64,000 nt of DNA, from contig CAVRCI010000005.1 in the NCBI GenBank assembly GCA_963719495.1, positions 172,002 to 236,001 of the forward strand, read 5' to 3'. The stretch's first letter is position 1; each line of letters begins with the position of its first letter. This stretch comes from an uncultured Verrucomicrobiae bacterium (GTDB lineage Bacteria; Verrucomicrobiota; Verrucomicrobiia; Chthoniobacterales; JAATET01). Position numbers and translations under genes: made by a program. The notes under the pieces were generated by a model. It was given only the letters and a program-made list of their open reading frames with translations, made no database searches and had not been told where the DNA came from. Positions 10,880 to 19,775 of this stretch are shown piece after piece.

Positions 10880-11620
10880 CTAATCGCCCGAAGAAGCAAC
10901 CACCCCATCGTCGACGTAGATCTCCCGGTTACTCGCCTGAAACTCCGCCTTGAGCTGCACCTTCAGGGCCGACAAATCCACGAGTTCCCAGTCCACCAAC
11001 CGAAACTTCGACCCACTCTCGCCGTTGTGCGCAAACCCAACGAGCAGATGCACCGCATCCTCCCGCACCTTGCTCGTAGCCGACCGCGGCTCGAAGTAAA
11101 ACGTCCGCAATGAGCTGTCCCGGCTCCCGTCCCTAAATAATTTCGGATCGAGGTAAAACGTCCGCCCATCCGGCGAGACGAGCCGCAAATCCGGATACCC
11201 CGACCGCTGCTCCTTCCCCTCCTCCGTCGTCGGCACCTCACACGTCCAGCCGTCCACCGCCCCGATCACCTCCCGCAGCTCATCCTCCACGTAGCGGCTC
11301 GCCTCGTTCACCCGCCCAACCTCGTGAATTGGGTGACTCTCGTGGTTCAAGCGCTTCACCGTCTCGTCGATCGCCGCCCCCAGCTCCTCCAACACCTCCC
11401 CATCCCGCGCCGCATCGACCGGCACAATCCGATGCCCCGTCGTCGCCGCAATCACGTCCCCAAACGGAATCCCCTCCAACCCGTCCCGGTTATCCAACAA
11501 CCAAGGAATCAAAGCCTCCACATCCCCCGCCATCGGCTTCGGTCGAGAACAACCCACTAAAAAGACCCCAATCAGCCCAACGAGAATCAACCTTTCCCAT
11601 CCCCCCAGATCCGCGTCCAT
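10880..11620 (-). CDS. Hypothetical lipoprotein with PD-(D/E)xK-like motif
   Basis: Hydrophobic stretch + lipobox LVG-C; E...SGYPDLRL...FYLDPK; start uncertain. Confidence 0.6.
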   Translation of the reverse strand: MDADLGGWERLILVGLIGVFLVGCSRPKPMAGDVEALIPWLLDNRDGLEGIPFGDVIAATTGHRIVPVDAARDGEVLEELGAAIDETVKRLNHESHPIHEVGRVNEASRYVEDELREVIGAVDGWTCEVPTTEEGKEQRSGYPDLRLVSPDGRTFYLDPKLFRDGSRDSSLRTFYFEPRSATSKVREDAVHLLVGFAHNGESGSKFRLVDWELVDLSALKVQLKAEFQASNREIYVDDGVVASSGD

Positions 11621-11721
11621 CCGCGTCCATTTGCTTCGCTCCACTCTCCCCTTCGGCACTGTCTTCGACAGGCTGCCTCGCTCCGCTCGGCTGTGGTTTT
11701 GTATCAATCGTATGAACCGCA

Positions 11722-12954
11722 TCATCCGAGTTCCAGAGCCCGACGAACCGCCGCCACCGCCCCATCCGCATCCTCCGTGGTCCGCGCATGCACCCGCATC
11801 ACCCGGTCGCCCACCTCGACCCGGTCACCCACCTTCGCGATCTCGCTGAACCCCACCGCAAAATCCACGTCATCACCCGCGGTCCGCCGCCCCGCCCCCA
11901 GCCGCACGCTCGCCCGCCCGACTTCACCCGCGTCCAACCGCCGAATCGTTCCCGCCGTATCCGCCAGCACGTCCCGAATCTCCGGTGCCGCGTGCACCTC
12001 GTCCATCCGCGTGAGCGCCGAGGCGTCGCCGCCCTGCGCCTCGACCAGCTCCACAAATTTCTCCCAAGCCGCCCCCGAAGCCAGCAACCCCGCCAGTTCC
12101 TCCCGTGAGCTTTGCGAAACTTTTGCCGCCAGATCCAAAGTCAGCGCCACGAGATCCTCCGCCCCCCCGCCGCGCAACACCTCGACCGACTCCGCCACCT
12201 CCAGCGCGTTCCCCACCGTCCGCCCGAGCGGCTGATCCATCGCCGACAGCAGGAACGAAGTCCGCACCCCATTCGCCTCCGCCGTCGCCCGCAGCGACTC
12301 CGCCAATTCCTCCGCCTCCCCCCGCGTCTTCATGAACGCACCGGACCCAAACTTCACGTCGAGCACCAGCCGGTCCAGCGACTCCGCCAATTTCTTCGAA
12401 AGAATACTCGCCACGATCAGCGCTTGCGAAGGCACCGTCCCCGTCACGTCCCGCAGCGCGTAAAGCCGCTTGTCCGCCGGACAAAAGCCCCCCGTTTGTC
12501 CCGCCATGAACACCCCGATCCGCTCCAACTGCGCCATCGCCGCCGCCTCCGACAAATTCACGTCAAACCCCGGGATCGACTCCAATTTATCCAAAGTTCC
12601 CCCCGTAATCCCCAGCCCCCGACCCGACACCATCGGCACCCACACCCCGTCGCAAGCCAGCAGCGGAGCCAGAATCAACGACACTTTGTCGCCGATCCCA
12701 CCCGTTGAATGCTTATCAACGATCGGCGGCGCACCCGACGGGTAGGAAAAAACGCTCCCGCTGTCCCGCATGGCTGCCGTCAACGCCGCCGTCTCGCCCG
12801 TGGTCATTCCCCGGAAAAAAACCGCCATCGCGAGCGCGCTCATCTGATAGTCCGGCACCTCGTTCCGCGTGAACGCGGCGATCAGCTCGGCGATTTCCGC
12901 CCCCGTCAGTTCTTCACCATCTCGTTTGCGCTCGATCAGCTGGGGCACGTGCAT
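11722..12954 (-). CDS. pdp: Pyrimidine-nucleoside/thymidine phosphorylase
   Basis: DKHSTGGIGDK, SGRGLGITGGTLDKLESIPG, LYALRDVTGTV, ASILSKK. Confidence 0.95.
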   Translation of the reverse strand: MHVPQLIERKRDGEELTGAEIAELIAAFTRNEVPDYQMSALAMAVFFRGMTTGETAALTAAMRDSGSVFSYPSGAPPIVDKHSTGGIGDKVSLILAPLLACDGVWVPMVSGRGLGITGGTLDKLESIPGFDVNLSEAAAMAQLERIGVFMAGQTGGFCPADKRLYALRDVTGTVPSQALIVASILSKKLAESLDRLVLDVKFGSGAFMKTRGEAEELAESLRATAEANGVRTSFLLSAMDQPLGRTVGNALEVAESVEVLRGGGAEDLVALTLDLAAKVSQSSREELAGLLASGAAWEKFVELVEAQGGDASALTRMDEVHAAPEIRDVLADTAGTIRRLDAGEVGRASVRLGAGRRTAGDDVDFAVGFSEIAKVGDRVEVGDRVMRVHARTTEDADGAVAAVRRALELG

Positions 12955-12979
12955 CGCCCAACCCTGCCGCCCCTGGCGC

Positions 12980-13012
12980 AAAAAGAAAAGCACCCGCCGA
13001 AACGGGTGCTCT
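12980..13012 (-). terminator. Intrinsic terminator after rplU-rpmA
   Basis: AGCACCCG/CGGGTGCT stem followed by TTTCTTTT on minus strand. Confidence 0.7.
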
Positions 13013-13107
13013 TCCTGAACAAAACAACCCGCTGAACGGGCTGTAAAATCGTGGCATCGGCTTCCAGCCGATCACCAACTCAAACGCGAAGCGCCTAATC
13101 GAGAAAC

Positions 13108-13368
13108 CTAACCCGCCACAGCCTCGGCCAACTCGACGTTCACGCGGCGACCCGCACGGTCGAACTTAACGCGCCCATCGACGAGCGACCAGATCGTGTA
13201 ATCGCGGCCCAAGCCGACGTTCGCGCCCGGCAGGAACTTCGTCCCACGCTGACGGATGATGATGTTGCCCGGCCCGACGACCTCGCCGCCGAATTTCTTC
13301 ACGCCCAACCGCTTGCTGCGGCTGTCGCGGCCATTCTTGACGCTTCCCTGTCCCTTCTTATGTGCCAT
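13108..13368 (-). CDS. rpmA: 50S ribosomal protein L27
   Basis: [22 protein letters not shown]. Confidence 0.98.
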   Translation of the reverse strand: MAHKKGQGSVKNGRDSRSKRLGVKKFGGEVVGPGNIIIRQRGTKFLPGANVGLGRDYTIWSLVDGRVKFDRAGRRVNVELAEAVAG

Positions 13369-13380
13369 GAGTCGAGTTGG

Positions 13381-13704
13381 TTATTTGTCGGACTTGGTCG
13401 TCAACGACGTGATCTTGAGTTTCGTGAGGCGGCGGCGATGGCCGACCGTCCGGTGGTAGCCCTTGCGGCGCTTGTATTTGAAGGCCACGACCTTCTCACC
13501 TTTGAATTGATCGACGACCTCGGCGGTGACCTTGGGTCCGTCGAGCAGCGGCGAACCGAGCTGCACGTCGTCGCCATCGGCGAACATGAGAACGTCAAAG
13601 TCGATGGAAGACCCGGCGTCGACGTCGAGTTTCTCCACGTCGATCGTGTCCCCTTCCGCGACCCGGTATTGCTTACCGCCCGTTTTGATAATTGCGTATG
13701 CCAT
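13381..13704 (-). CDS. rplU: 50S ribosomal protein L21
   Basis: [15 protein letters not shown]...KYKRRKGY...GHRR. Confidence 0.98.
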   Translation of the reverse strand: MAYAIIKTGGKQYRVAEGDTIDVEKLDVDAGSSIDFDVLMFADGDDVQLGSPLLDGPKVTAEVVDQFKGEKVVAFKYKRRKGYHRTVGHRRRLTKLKITSLTTKSDK

Positions 13705-13833
13705 ATAGAATCCTGCGCCTTCGCGAGCCGGGGAAGATGTCACCGGTCGGCGGGCGAGACAAGGTATAAAAATATTTTTCTGACTTGCCACGCCGCACCA
13801 CCGCTGACACCTTCCACCTCCCATCGCGGAAAT

Positions 13834-13917
13834 GCTCGGGTGGTGAAATGGCAGACACGTACGTTTGAGGGGCGTATGCCGCAAGGCATGGGGGTTCAAG
13901 TCCCCCCCCGAGCACCA
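13834..13917 (+). tRNA. tRNA-Leu(GAG), CCA encoded
   Basis: GCTCGGGTGGTGAAATGGCAGACACGTACGTTTGAGGGGCGTA...GGTTCAAGTCCCCCCCCGAGCACCA. Confidence 0.96.
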
Positions 13918-13928
13918 TCCGAAAAAAG

Positions 13929-14024
13929 CGCGAGCTTCCAGGGGACCGCGAGCTTCCAGGGGACCGCGAGCTTCCAGGGGACCGCGAGCTTCCAGCTCGC
14001 AGTGTCGAGCTTCCAGCTCGGCAC
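13929..14024 (+). repeat. 18-bp tandem repeat x3 running into a double-hairpin REP-like unit
   Basis: (CGCGAGCTTCCAGGGGAC)x3 then GCGAGC-TTCCA-GCTCGC and GTGTCGAGC-TTCCA-GCTCGGCAC. Confidence 0.9.
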
Positions 14025-14103
14025 CCGTATCTAAAACGCGAAGCGTCAAACACCCCACCCTTGACGCCCCAGCCCACCACAAGTTAAGAACCACTCAATC
14101 TCT

Positions 14104-14232
14104 ATGAGCCACTCACCCAAATCCACAATCCCCACCGCACTGGTCAACCGGTTCGTCGCGTGGTGCCTGGATTCCGTGAACCTCCGTCCGATGGTCATCG
14201 TCAGCCCAGGAGGCCCGACCGCGAGCAGCTGA
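14104..14232 (+). CDS. Putative 42-aa leader peptide
   Basis: Own translation MSHSPKSTIPTALVNRFVAWCLDSVNLRPMVIVSPGGPTASS*, ending just before a terminator. Confidence 0.45.
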   Translation: MSHSPKSTIPTALVNRFVAWCLDSVNLRPMVIVSPGGPTASS

Positions 14233-14260
14233 TTTCCGAAAGCAAAAAGCCCCCTTTCCG

Positions 14261-14300
14261 AAAAGCCCCGCTCGCCAACCGCGAGCGGGGTTTTTCGTTT
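14261..14300 (+). terminator. Intrinsic terminator/attenuator upstream of NTase-rtcB
   Basis: GCCCCGCTCGC-CAACC-GCGAGCGGGG-TTTTTCGTTT. Confidence 0.85.
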
Positions 14301-14352
14301 GGCACCTTTCACCACCCGCCACAAGTCACCCGCCACTCACTCATCACCAACC

Positions 14353-15123
14353 ATGAAAAACCACGAAGCCATCCTCTCCGCCCTCGCCCGCATCGAACGG
14401 GCGCACGGCGTTCGCGTGCTCCTCGCCGTCGAATCCGGCAGCCGGGCTTGGGGCTTCGCGTCCCGTGACAGCGACTTCGACGTCCGCTTCATCTACGCGC
14501 ACGCCCCGGAGTGGTATCTGTCCGTCGACGAACACCGCGACGTCATCGAAGTCCCGATCTCCGACGACCTCGACGTCACCGGCTGGGATCTCCGCAAGGC
14601 CCTCAAGCTCCTGCGCAAATCCAACCCCTCGCTCCTCGAGTGGATCAAATCCCCGATCGTCTACCGCGCCGACCCCGCGTTCACGCTCACGTTCGGCCTG
14701 CTCGCGTCCGAGTTCCATTCGCCCGACCGCCTCTTCCGTCACTACCTGCGGATGGCCCGCGGAAACTTCAAGGATCTGGCGCGCGCCGACGGTGTGCGGC
14801 TGAAAAAATACCTCTACGTCCTCCGCCCGATCCTCGCCTGCCGTTGGATCGAGCGGAGTCTTGGCCCCGTCCCCATGCGCTTCCAAACCCTCGCCGACAC
14901 CCTCCTCGACGACGCGAACCTGCGTTTCCACGTCGCCGTCCTCGTCGCGCGCAAACGCGCCGGCGAAGAGCTCGACCTCGCTCCCCGCATCCCCGCGCTC
15001 CACACCTTCATCGAAAGCGAACTCATCCGGTTGGAGAAAATCGCGCCCGCCGAGCCACCCCAGCCCGACAGCCTCTTCCTCAACCAATTCTTCCAGGACT
15101 ACTGCCTCCCAACCGCCGCGTAA
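14353..15123 (+). CDS. DNA polymerase beta-superfamily nucleotidyltransferase (YcgL/RlaP-like)
   Basis: ESGSRAWGFAS.DSDFDVRF; GWDLRKAL.L...SNP.LLEW..SPIVY; KKYLYVLRP. Confidence 0.88.
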   Translation: MKNHEAILSALARIERAHGVRVLLAVESGSRAWGFASRDSDFDVRFIYAHAPEWYLSVDEHRDVIEVPISDDLDVTGWDLRKALKLLRKSNPSLLEWIKSPIVYRADPAFTLTFGLLASEFHSPDRLFRHYLRMARGNFKDLARADGVRLKKYLYVLRPILACRWIERSLGPVPMRFQTLADTLLDDANLRFHVAVLVARKRAGEELDLAPRIPALHTFIESELIRLEKIAPAEPPQPDSLFLNQFFQDYCLPTAA

Positions 15124-15128
15124 CCACG

Positions 15129-15164
15129 ACCGATAAAACGTAACGGCCGTTACGTTTTATCGGT
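15129..15164. repeat. Perfect 36-bp palindrome with no spacer
   Basis: ACCGATAAAACGTAACGG|CCGTTACGTTTTATCGGT. Confidence 0.95.
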
Positions 15165-15211
15165 AAGCGCGGGACCCGCCTCACCCGAATCGAGCATTCC
15201 ACGACCCTCCG

Positions 15212-16420
15212 ATGACAACCACTTTTCAACCCCTTTCCACGCCCGCCCCCTGGCGACAGTGGGGCCACGACCTCGACGCCAACGCCGTCGAGCAAATGGC
15301 CAACGCCTGCACCCTCCCGGTCGCCGTCGCCGGAGCCCTCATGCCGGACGCCCACCTCGGTTACGGACTCCCCATCGGCGGCGTCCTGGCCACGGAGGAC
15401 GCCGTGATTCCCTACGCCGTCGGCGTCGACATCGCCTGCCGGATGCGGCTCACCGTTTACGATCTCAAGCCCAGCCTGATCGCCGGACAGCGCGACCGCT
15501 TGGCGAAAATCATCGAATCCGAGACCCGCTTCGGCGTCGGCGTCGTGTTCAAGGACCGCCGCGACCACAACGTGATGGACGACCCCGACTGGGAGGCGAT
15601 CCCGCTCACGAAGAGACTCCGCGACAAAGCCTGGGGCCAACTCGGCACGAGCGGCAGCGGCAATCACTTCGTGGAATTCGGCACCTTCACCGTCAACGAC
15701 CCGACCCTCGGCCTCGACACCGACCGGAGCTACGTCGCCCTGCTCACCCACAGCGGCTCCCGCGGCACCGGCGCGCAGATCTGCGCCGAATACAGCAAGC
15801 GCGCCATGGCCCGCCACCCCAACCTGCCGAAAAACCTCAAGCACCTCGCCTGGCTCCCGCTCGACGAAGCCGACGGCGCGGAATACTGGACCGCCATGAA
15901 CCTCATGGGCCGCTACGCCGCCGCCAACCACGCGTGCATCCACCACCACATCGCCCGCGCCCTCGGCGAGAAACCCCTCCTCGACGTCGAAAACCACCAC
16001 AACTTCGCGTGGAAGGAGACCCACACCATCGACGGCCAACCCCGCGAACTCATCGTCCACCGCAAAGGCGCGACCCCGGCGGGCGAAGGCGTCCTCGGCG
16101 TCATCCCCGGCAGCATGACCGCGCCCGGATTCCTCGTCCGAGGCAGAGGCGAACCCACGTCCCTGCGCAGCGCCTCCCACGGCGCCGGCCGCGTCATGAG
16201 CCGCACCCAAGCCAAGCAATCCTTCACTTGGAGCGGGACCAAGAAGATCCTCGCCGACCACGGAGTCGAACTCCTCAGCGCCGGCATCGACGAAGTCCCT
16301 GGAGTCTACAAAGACATCCACCAAGTCATGGCCGCCCAGACCGACTTGGTCGACACCCTGGCCCGCTTCGACCCCAAGCTCGTCAAAATGTGCCCCGCCG
16401 GCGAACGCCCCGAAGACTGA
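15212..16420 (+). CDS. rtcB: RtcB family RNA ligase
   Basis: MPDAHLGYG.PIG, VGVDIAC, GSGNHFVE, HSGSRG, HHN, HRKGAT, PGSM, SHGAGR, DE.P..YK. Confidence 0.96.
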   Translation: MTTTFQPLSTPAPWRQWGHDLDANAVEQMANACTLPVAVAGALMPDAHLGYGLPIGGVLATEDAVIPYAVGVDIACRMRLTVYDLKPSLIAGQRDRLAKIIESETRFGVGVVFKDRRDHNVMDDPDWEAIPLTKRLRDKAWGQLGTSGSGNHFVEFGTFTVNDPTLGLDTDRSYVALLTHSGSRGTGAQICAEYSKRAMARHPNLPKNLKHLAWLPLDEADGAEYWTAMNLMGRYAAANHACIHHHIARALGEKPLLDVENHHNFAWKETHTIDGQPRELIVHRKGATPAGEGVLGVIPGSMTAPGFLVRGRGEPTSLRSASHGAGRVMSRTQAKQSFTWSGTKKILADHGVELLSAGIDEVPGVYKDIHQVMAAQTDLVDTLARFDPKLVKMCPAGERPED

Positions 16421-16424
16421 AATC

Positions 16425-16472
16425 GGGGGAGCGCACGCGTCCCGCGTGCGAGATGCGGCGTCCCGCCGCATC
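16425..16472 (+). repeat. GGAG-headed double-hairpin REP-like repeat (relatives at 18076-18122, 30102-30149, 34015-34037, 13051-13073, 26198-26218)
   Basis: GGGGAGC GCACGCG-TCC-CGCGTGC GA GATGCGGCG-TCC-CGCCGCATC. Confidence 0.85.
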
Positions 16473-16501
16473 ACCCGGCAATGCGCCAGCGAGCCGAACC
16501 C

Positions 16502-16942
16502 TCACTTCTCCAAAGCCACCAAACGCCACTCCACGTCCCCACCCTCCAAGACACTCAACCACGCATACCCCGCCCGCACCCCTTTGTTCGGCTTCCCCAC
16601 CGTTCCTGGATTCAAGATCCGCACCCCATCGACGACCTCGTCCCGCGGAACGTGAGTGTGCCCGTGCAGCAAAAAATTCACCTCCCCCAGCCGCTTCGGC
16701 GGCGCGTGAATCAACCGAAAAGTCCGCCTGCCCCGTTCCAAAGTCACCTCCTCCGGCCACCCCTCGAACGAATCCCGGTTCCCCTTTACCACGACCACCG
16801 GAACCCCCAATTCCCGCAATCGCTCCACGATCGCCGGATCCTTCACGTCACCCAGGTGCCAGATTTCCTCCGCACCCGCCAGGTCCGCCAACACCGCGTC
16901 CGGCAATTTGTCGTGAGTATCCGCAATGACCGCGATTCGCAT
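16502..16942 (-). CDS. YfcE/MJ0936-type metallophosphoesterase
   Basis: ADTH, HLGD, GNRD, HGHTH, NPG. Confidence 0.9.
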   Translation of the reverse strand: MRIAVIADTHDKLPDAVLADLAGAEEIWHLGDVKDPAIVERLRELGVPVVVVKGNRDSFEGWPEEVTLERGRRTFRLIHAPPKRLGEVNFLLHGHTHVPRDEVVDGVRILNPGTVGKPNKGVRAGYAWLSVLEGGDVEWRLVALEK

Positions 16943-16996
16943 GATGAGATGAACTAATCGGTGAAAACCCCCGCAAACTATGAGTCAATAGCCCCC

Positions 16997-18070
16997 ATGT
17001 CCACGCCCGCGCACGCCTACGTCGAAAACCTCAACGCCTACCAGACCGGCAAGCCCATCGACGAAGTCGCCCGCGAAATGGGCCTCGACCCCACCGACAT
17101 CATCAAGCTTGCGTCGAACGAAAATCCGCTCGGCCCGTCACCCAAAGCCCTCGCCGCCATGCACGGCGCGCTCGCGCAATCCCACCTCTACCCCGACGGC
17201 GGCGGCTATGCCCTCCGCAACGCCATCGCCGACTCCGTCGGTCTCGACCGCGCCAACATCCTCCTCGGCAACGGCTCGAACGAAATCATCGAGCTCATCG
17301 CCCACGCCTACCTCGACCCGACCACCGAGATCATCGCGCCCCGCCACGCCTTCATTTGCTACCGCCTCGCCGCCCAGCTCTTCGGCGCGACCACCATCGA
17401 AACCGCCGATCCGGGTTACACCGCCGACCTCGACGCCATCCTCGACGCCATCACGCCCCGCACTCGAGTCATCTTCCTCGCGAACCCAAACAACCCCACC
17501 GGCACGCTCGTCGGCCAAGCCGAGATCGACGCCTTCATGGACCGCGTCCCCGCCGACGTGCTCGTCGTCTTCGACGAAGCCTACTACGAGTTCCTCGACA
17601 CCCCCCCCGACACGCTCGAATTCGTCCGCGAAAGCCGCAACGTCACCATCCTCCGCACCTTTTCAAAAATTCACGGCCTCGCCGCCCTCCGCGTCGGTTA
17701 CGCCATCTCGCCCGAGCCCCTCTCCCAACTCCTCGAAAAGACCCGCCAACCCTTCAACGTCAACTCGCTCGCCCAGGTCGGTGCCCTCGCCGCCCTCCAC
17801 GACGACGAGCACCTTGCCCGCACCCGCGAAATCACCAACGAAGGCCGCGCCACCCTCGAAAACGAATTCGCCGCCCGCGGCCTCGAATACGTCCCCAGCA
17901 CCGCAAATTTCGTCCTCGTCAACGTCGGCGACGGAGCCGCCGAGTTCCAGGCGCTCCTGAAGCAAGGCATCATCGTCCGCCCCATGGGAGTCTACGACCT
18001 CCCGGCCTGGATCCGCGTCTCCGTCGGAACGCCAACCGAAAACCAACGTTTCATCGACGCCCTCGCCTAG
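16997..18070 (+). CDS. hisC: Histidinol-phosphate aminotransferase
   Basis: KLASNENPLG, GNGSNE, NPNNPTG, DEAY, RTFSKIHGLAALRVGY. Confidence 0.93.
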   Translation: MSTPAHAYVENLNAYQTGKPIDEVAREMGLDPTDIIKLASNENPLGPSPKALAAMHGALAQSHLYPDGGGYALRNAIADSVGLDRANILLGNGSNEIIELIAHAYLDPTTEIIAPRHAFICYRLAAQLFGATTIETADPGYTADLDAILDAITPRTRVIFLANPNNPTGTLVGQAEIDAFMDRVPADVLVVFDEAYYEFLDTPPDTLEFVRESRNVTILRTFSKIHGLAALRVGYAISPEPLSQLLEKTRQPFNVNSLAQVGALAALHDDEHLARTREITNEGRATLENEFAARGLEYVPSTANFVLVNVGDGAAEFQALLKQGIIVRPMGVYDLPAWIRVSVGTPTENQRFIDALA

Positions 18071-18175
18071 CGCATGGGGAGCGCACCCGTCCCGGGTGCG
18101 AGCGGCGGCGTCCCGCCGCCGCCTCACTTCCACGCTTGCAAAGAATGCCTCAGCCCCCACCCTGCCAGCCCGTTC

Positions 18176-19660
18176 ATGACCTTCACCGAAAACCTCAGCC
18201 GCGAATGGTTCTCCAACGTCCCGCGCGACCTCCTCGCCGGCCTCGTCGTCGCCCTCGCACTCATTCCCGAGGCTATTGCCTTCTCGATCATCGCCGGCGT
18301 CGACCCGCAGGTCGGCCTCTACGCCAGTTTCTGCATTGCCGTCACGTCCGCCTTCGTCGGCGGCCGCCCCGGCATGATCTCCGCTGCCACCGGCGCGATG
18401 GCCCTTCTCATGATCACGCTCGTCCGCGAGCACGGCCTCCAATACCTCCTCGCCGCCACGTTGCTCACCGGCGTTCTTCAGATCATCTGCGGCGCGCTCA
18501 AGCTCGGTGACGCCCTCAAATTCGTCTCCCGCAGCGTGATGACCGGCTTCGTCAACGCCCTCGCCATCCTCATCTTCCTCGCCCAGCTCCCCGAATTCAA
18601 AAACCAAGGCCCGCTCATGTATGCGATGGTCGCCGCCGGCCTCGCGATCATCTACATCCTCCCCCGCTTCACGAAAGCGATCCCCTCCCCGCTCGTCTGC
18701 ATCGTCGTCCTCACGCTCGTTTCGGTCTTTGCCAACCTGGACCTCCGCACCGTCGGCGACATGGGCAAACTCCCCGCCACCCTCCCGATGTTCCTCCTCC
18801 CGCAGGTCCCGCTTAATTGGGAAACCCTCGCCATCATCCTCCCCTACGCCATCCCGCTCACCATCGTCGGTCTCCTCGAATCCCTCATGACCGCGACCAT
18901 CGTCGACGACCTCACCGACACGGAAAGCGGAAAAAACCGCGAGTGCGTCGGCCAGGGCGTGTCGAACGTCGTCGCCGGATTCTTCGGCGGCATGGCCGGC
19001 TGCGCCATGATCGGCCAGACCGTCATCAACGTGAAATCCGGCGGCCGCGGCCGACTCTCCACCTTCGTCGCCGGCGTCCTTCTCCTCATCCTCATCGTCG
19101 CGTTCGGCGCTTGGGTGAAGATCATCCCCATGGCCGCCCTGGTCGCGGTCATGATCATGGTCTCCATCGGCACGTTCAGTTGGGACTCGATCCGCAACCT
19201 GCGGACCTACCCGAAGACGTCGAGCCTCGTGATGATCACGACCGTCGCCGTCGTCGTCCTCACCCACAACCTCGCCATCGGCGTCGGCGTCGGCATCCTC
19301 ATGTCCGCCATCTCCTTCGCCCGCAAGGCCGCCCTCCTCATGCGAGTCGGCACCGAGCTCAGCGAAGACGGCGAGCACCGCACCTACTTCGTCGAGGGAA
19401 ACCTCTTCTTCGTCTCCGCCGGAGCCTTCGCCCGGGCCTTCAACTTCCGCGAGGTCCTCACCAAGGTCACCGTCGACGTCACGAGCGCGCACTTCTGGGA
19501 CATCAGCTCCGTGGCGGCACTCGACAAGGTCGTCCTCAAATTTCGCCGCGACGGCGCCGAGGTCGAGGTCATCGGACTCAACGAAGCCAGCGCCACCCTC
19601 GTCGGCCGCGTCGGCGTGAGCGACAAAGAGGGTGCCGAAGGCGACCTCCCCAGCCACTGA
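18176..19660 (+). CDS. SulP/SLC26 anion transporter with STAS domain
   Basis: [31 protein letters not shown]-terminal STAS. Confidence 0.93.
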   Translation: MTFTENLSREWFSNVPRDLLAGLVVALALIPEAIAFSIIAGVDPQVGLYASFCIAVTSAFVGGRPGMISAATGAMALLMITLVREHGLQYLLAATLLTGVLQIICGALKLGDALKFVSRSVMTGFVNALAILIFLAQLPEFKNQGPLMYAMVAAGLAIIYILPRFTKAIPSPLVCIVVLTLVSVFANLDLRTVGDMGKLPATLPMFLLPQVPLNWETLAIILPYAIPLTIVGLLESLMTATIVDDLTDTESGKNRECVGQGVSNVVAGFFGGMAGCAMIGQTVINVKSGGRGRLSTFVAGVLLLILIVAFGAWVKIIPMAALVAVMIMVSIGTFSWDSIRNLRTYPKTSSLVMITTVAVVVLTHNLAIGVGVGILMSAISFARKAALLMRVGTELSEDGEHRTYFVEGNLFFVSAGAFARAFNFREVLTKVTVDVTSAHFWDISSVAALDKVVLKFRRDGAEVEVIGLNEASATLVGRVGVSDKEGAEGDLPSH

Positions 19661-19666
19661 ATGGTC

Positions 19667-19759
19667 GTCCGCAGATTACGCAGAAAGTCACAGATCTTAT
19701 TTCAATTCATTCCCTTTTCACCCGCATCAAATCTGCGTCCCTCTGTTTAATCTGCGGAC
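19667..19759. repeat. Intergenic inverted repeat (12-bp arms plus GCAGA sub-repeats)
   Basis: GTCCGCAGATTA ... TAATCTGCGGAC. Confidence 0.75.
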
Positions 19760-19775
19760 AAACCTCACCCCTCGT

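Noticed and set aside
13705..13790. Ribosomal-protein leader RNAs upstream of rplU (and of rpsO at 25911-25975)
   Set aside because: Plausible by position but I could not match a known consensus by eye
13929..13995. Possible CRISPR array
   Set aside because: 18-bp units are contiguous with no spacers, and there are no cas genes in the window
13381..14094. 237-aa extended L21
   Set aside because: The extension runs antisense through tRNA-Leu and the tandem repeat; the true start is 13704
13834..16420. Integrative element at tRNA-Leu
   Set aside because: No integrase and no duplicated tRNA 3' end seen
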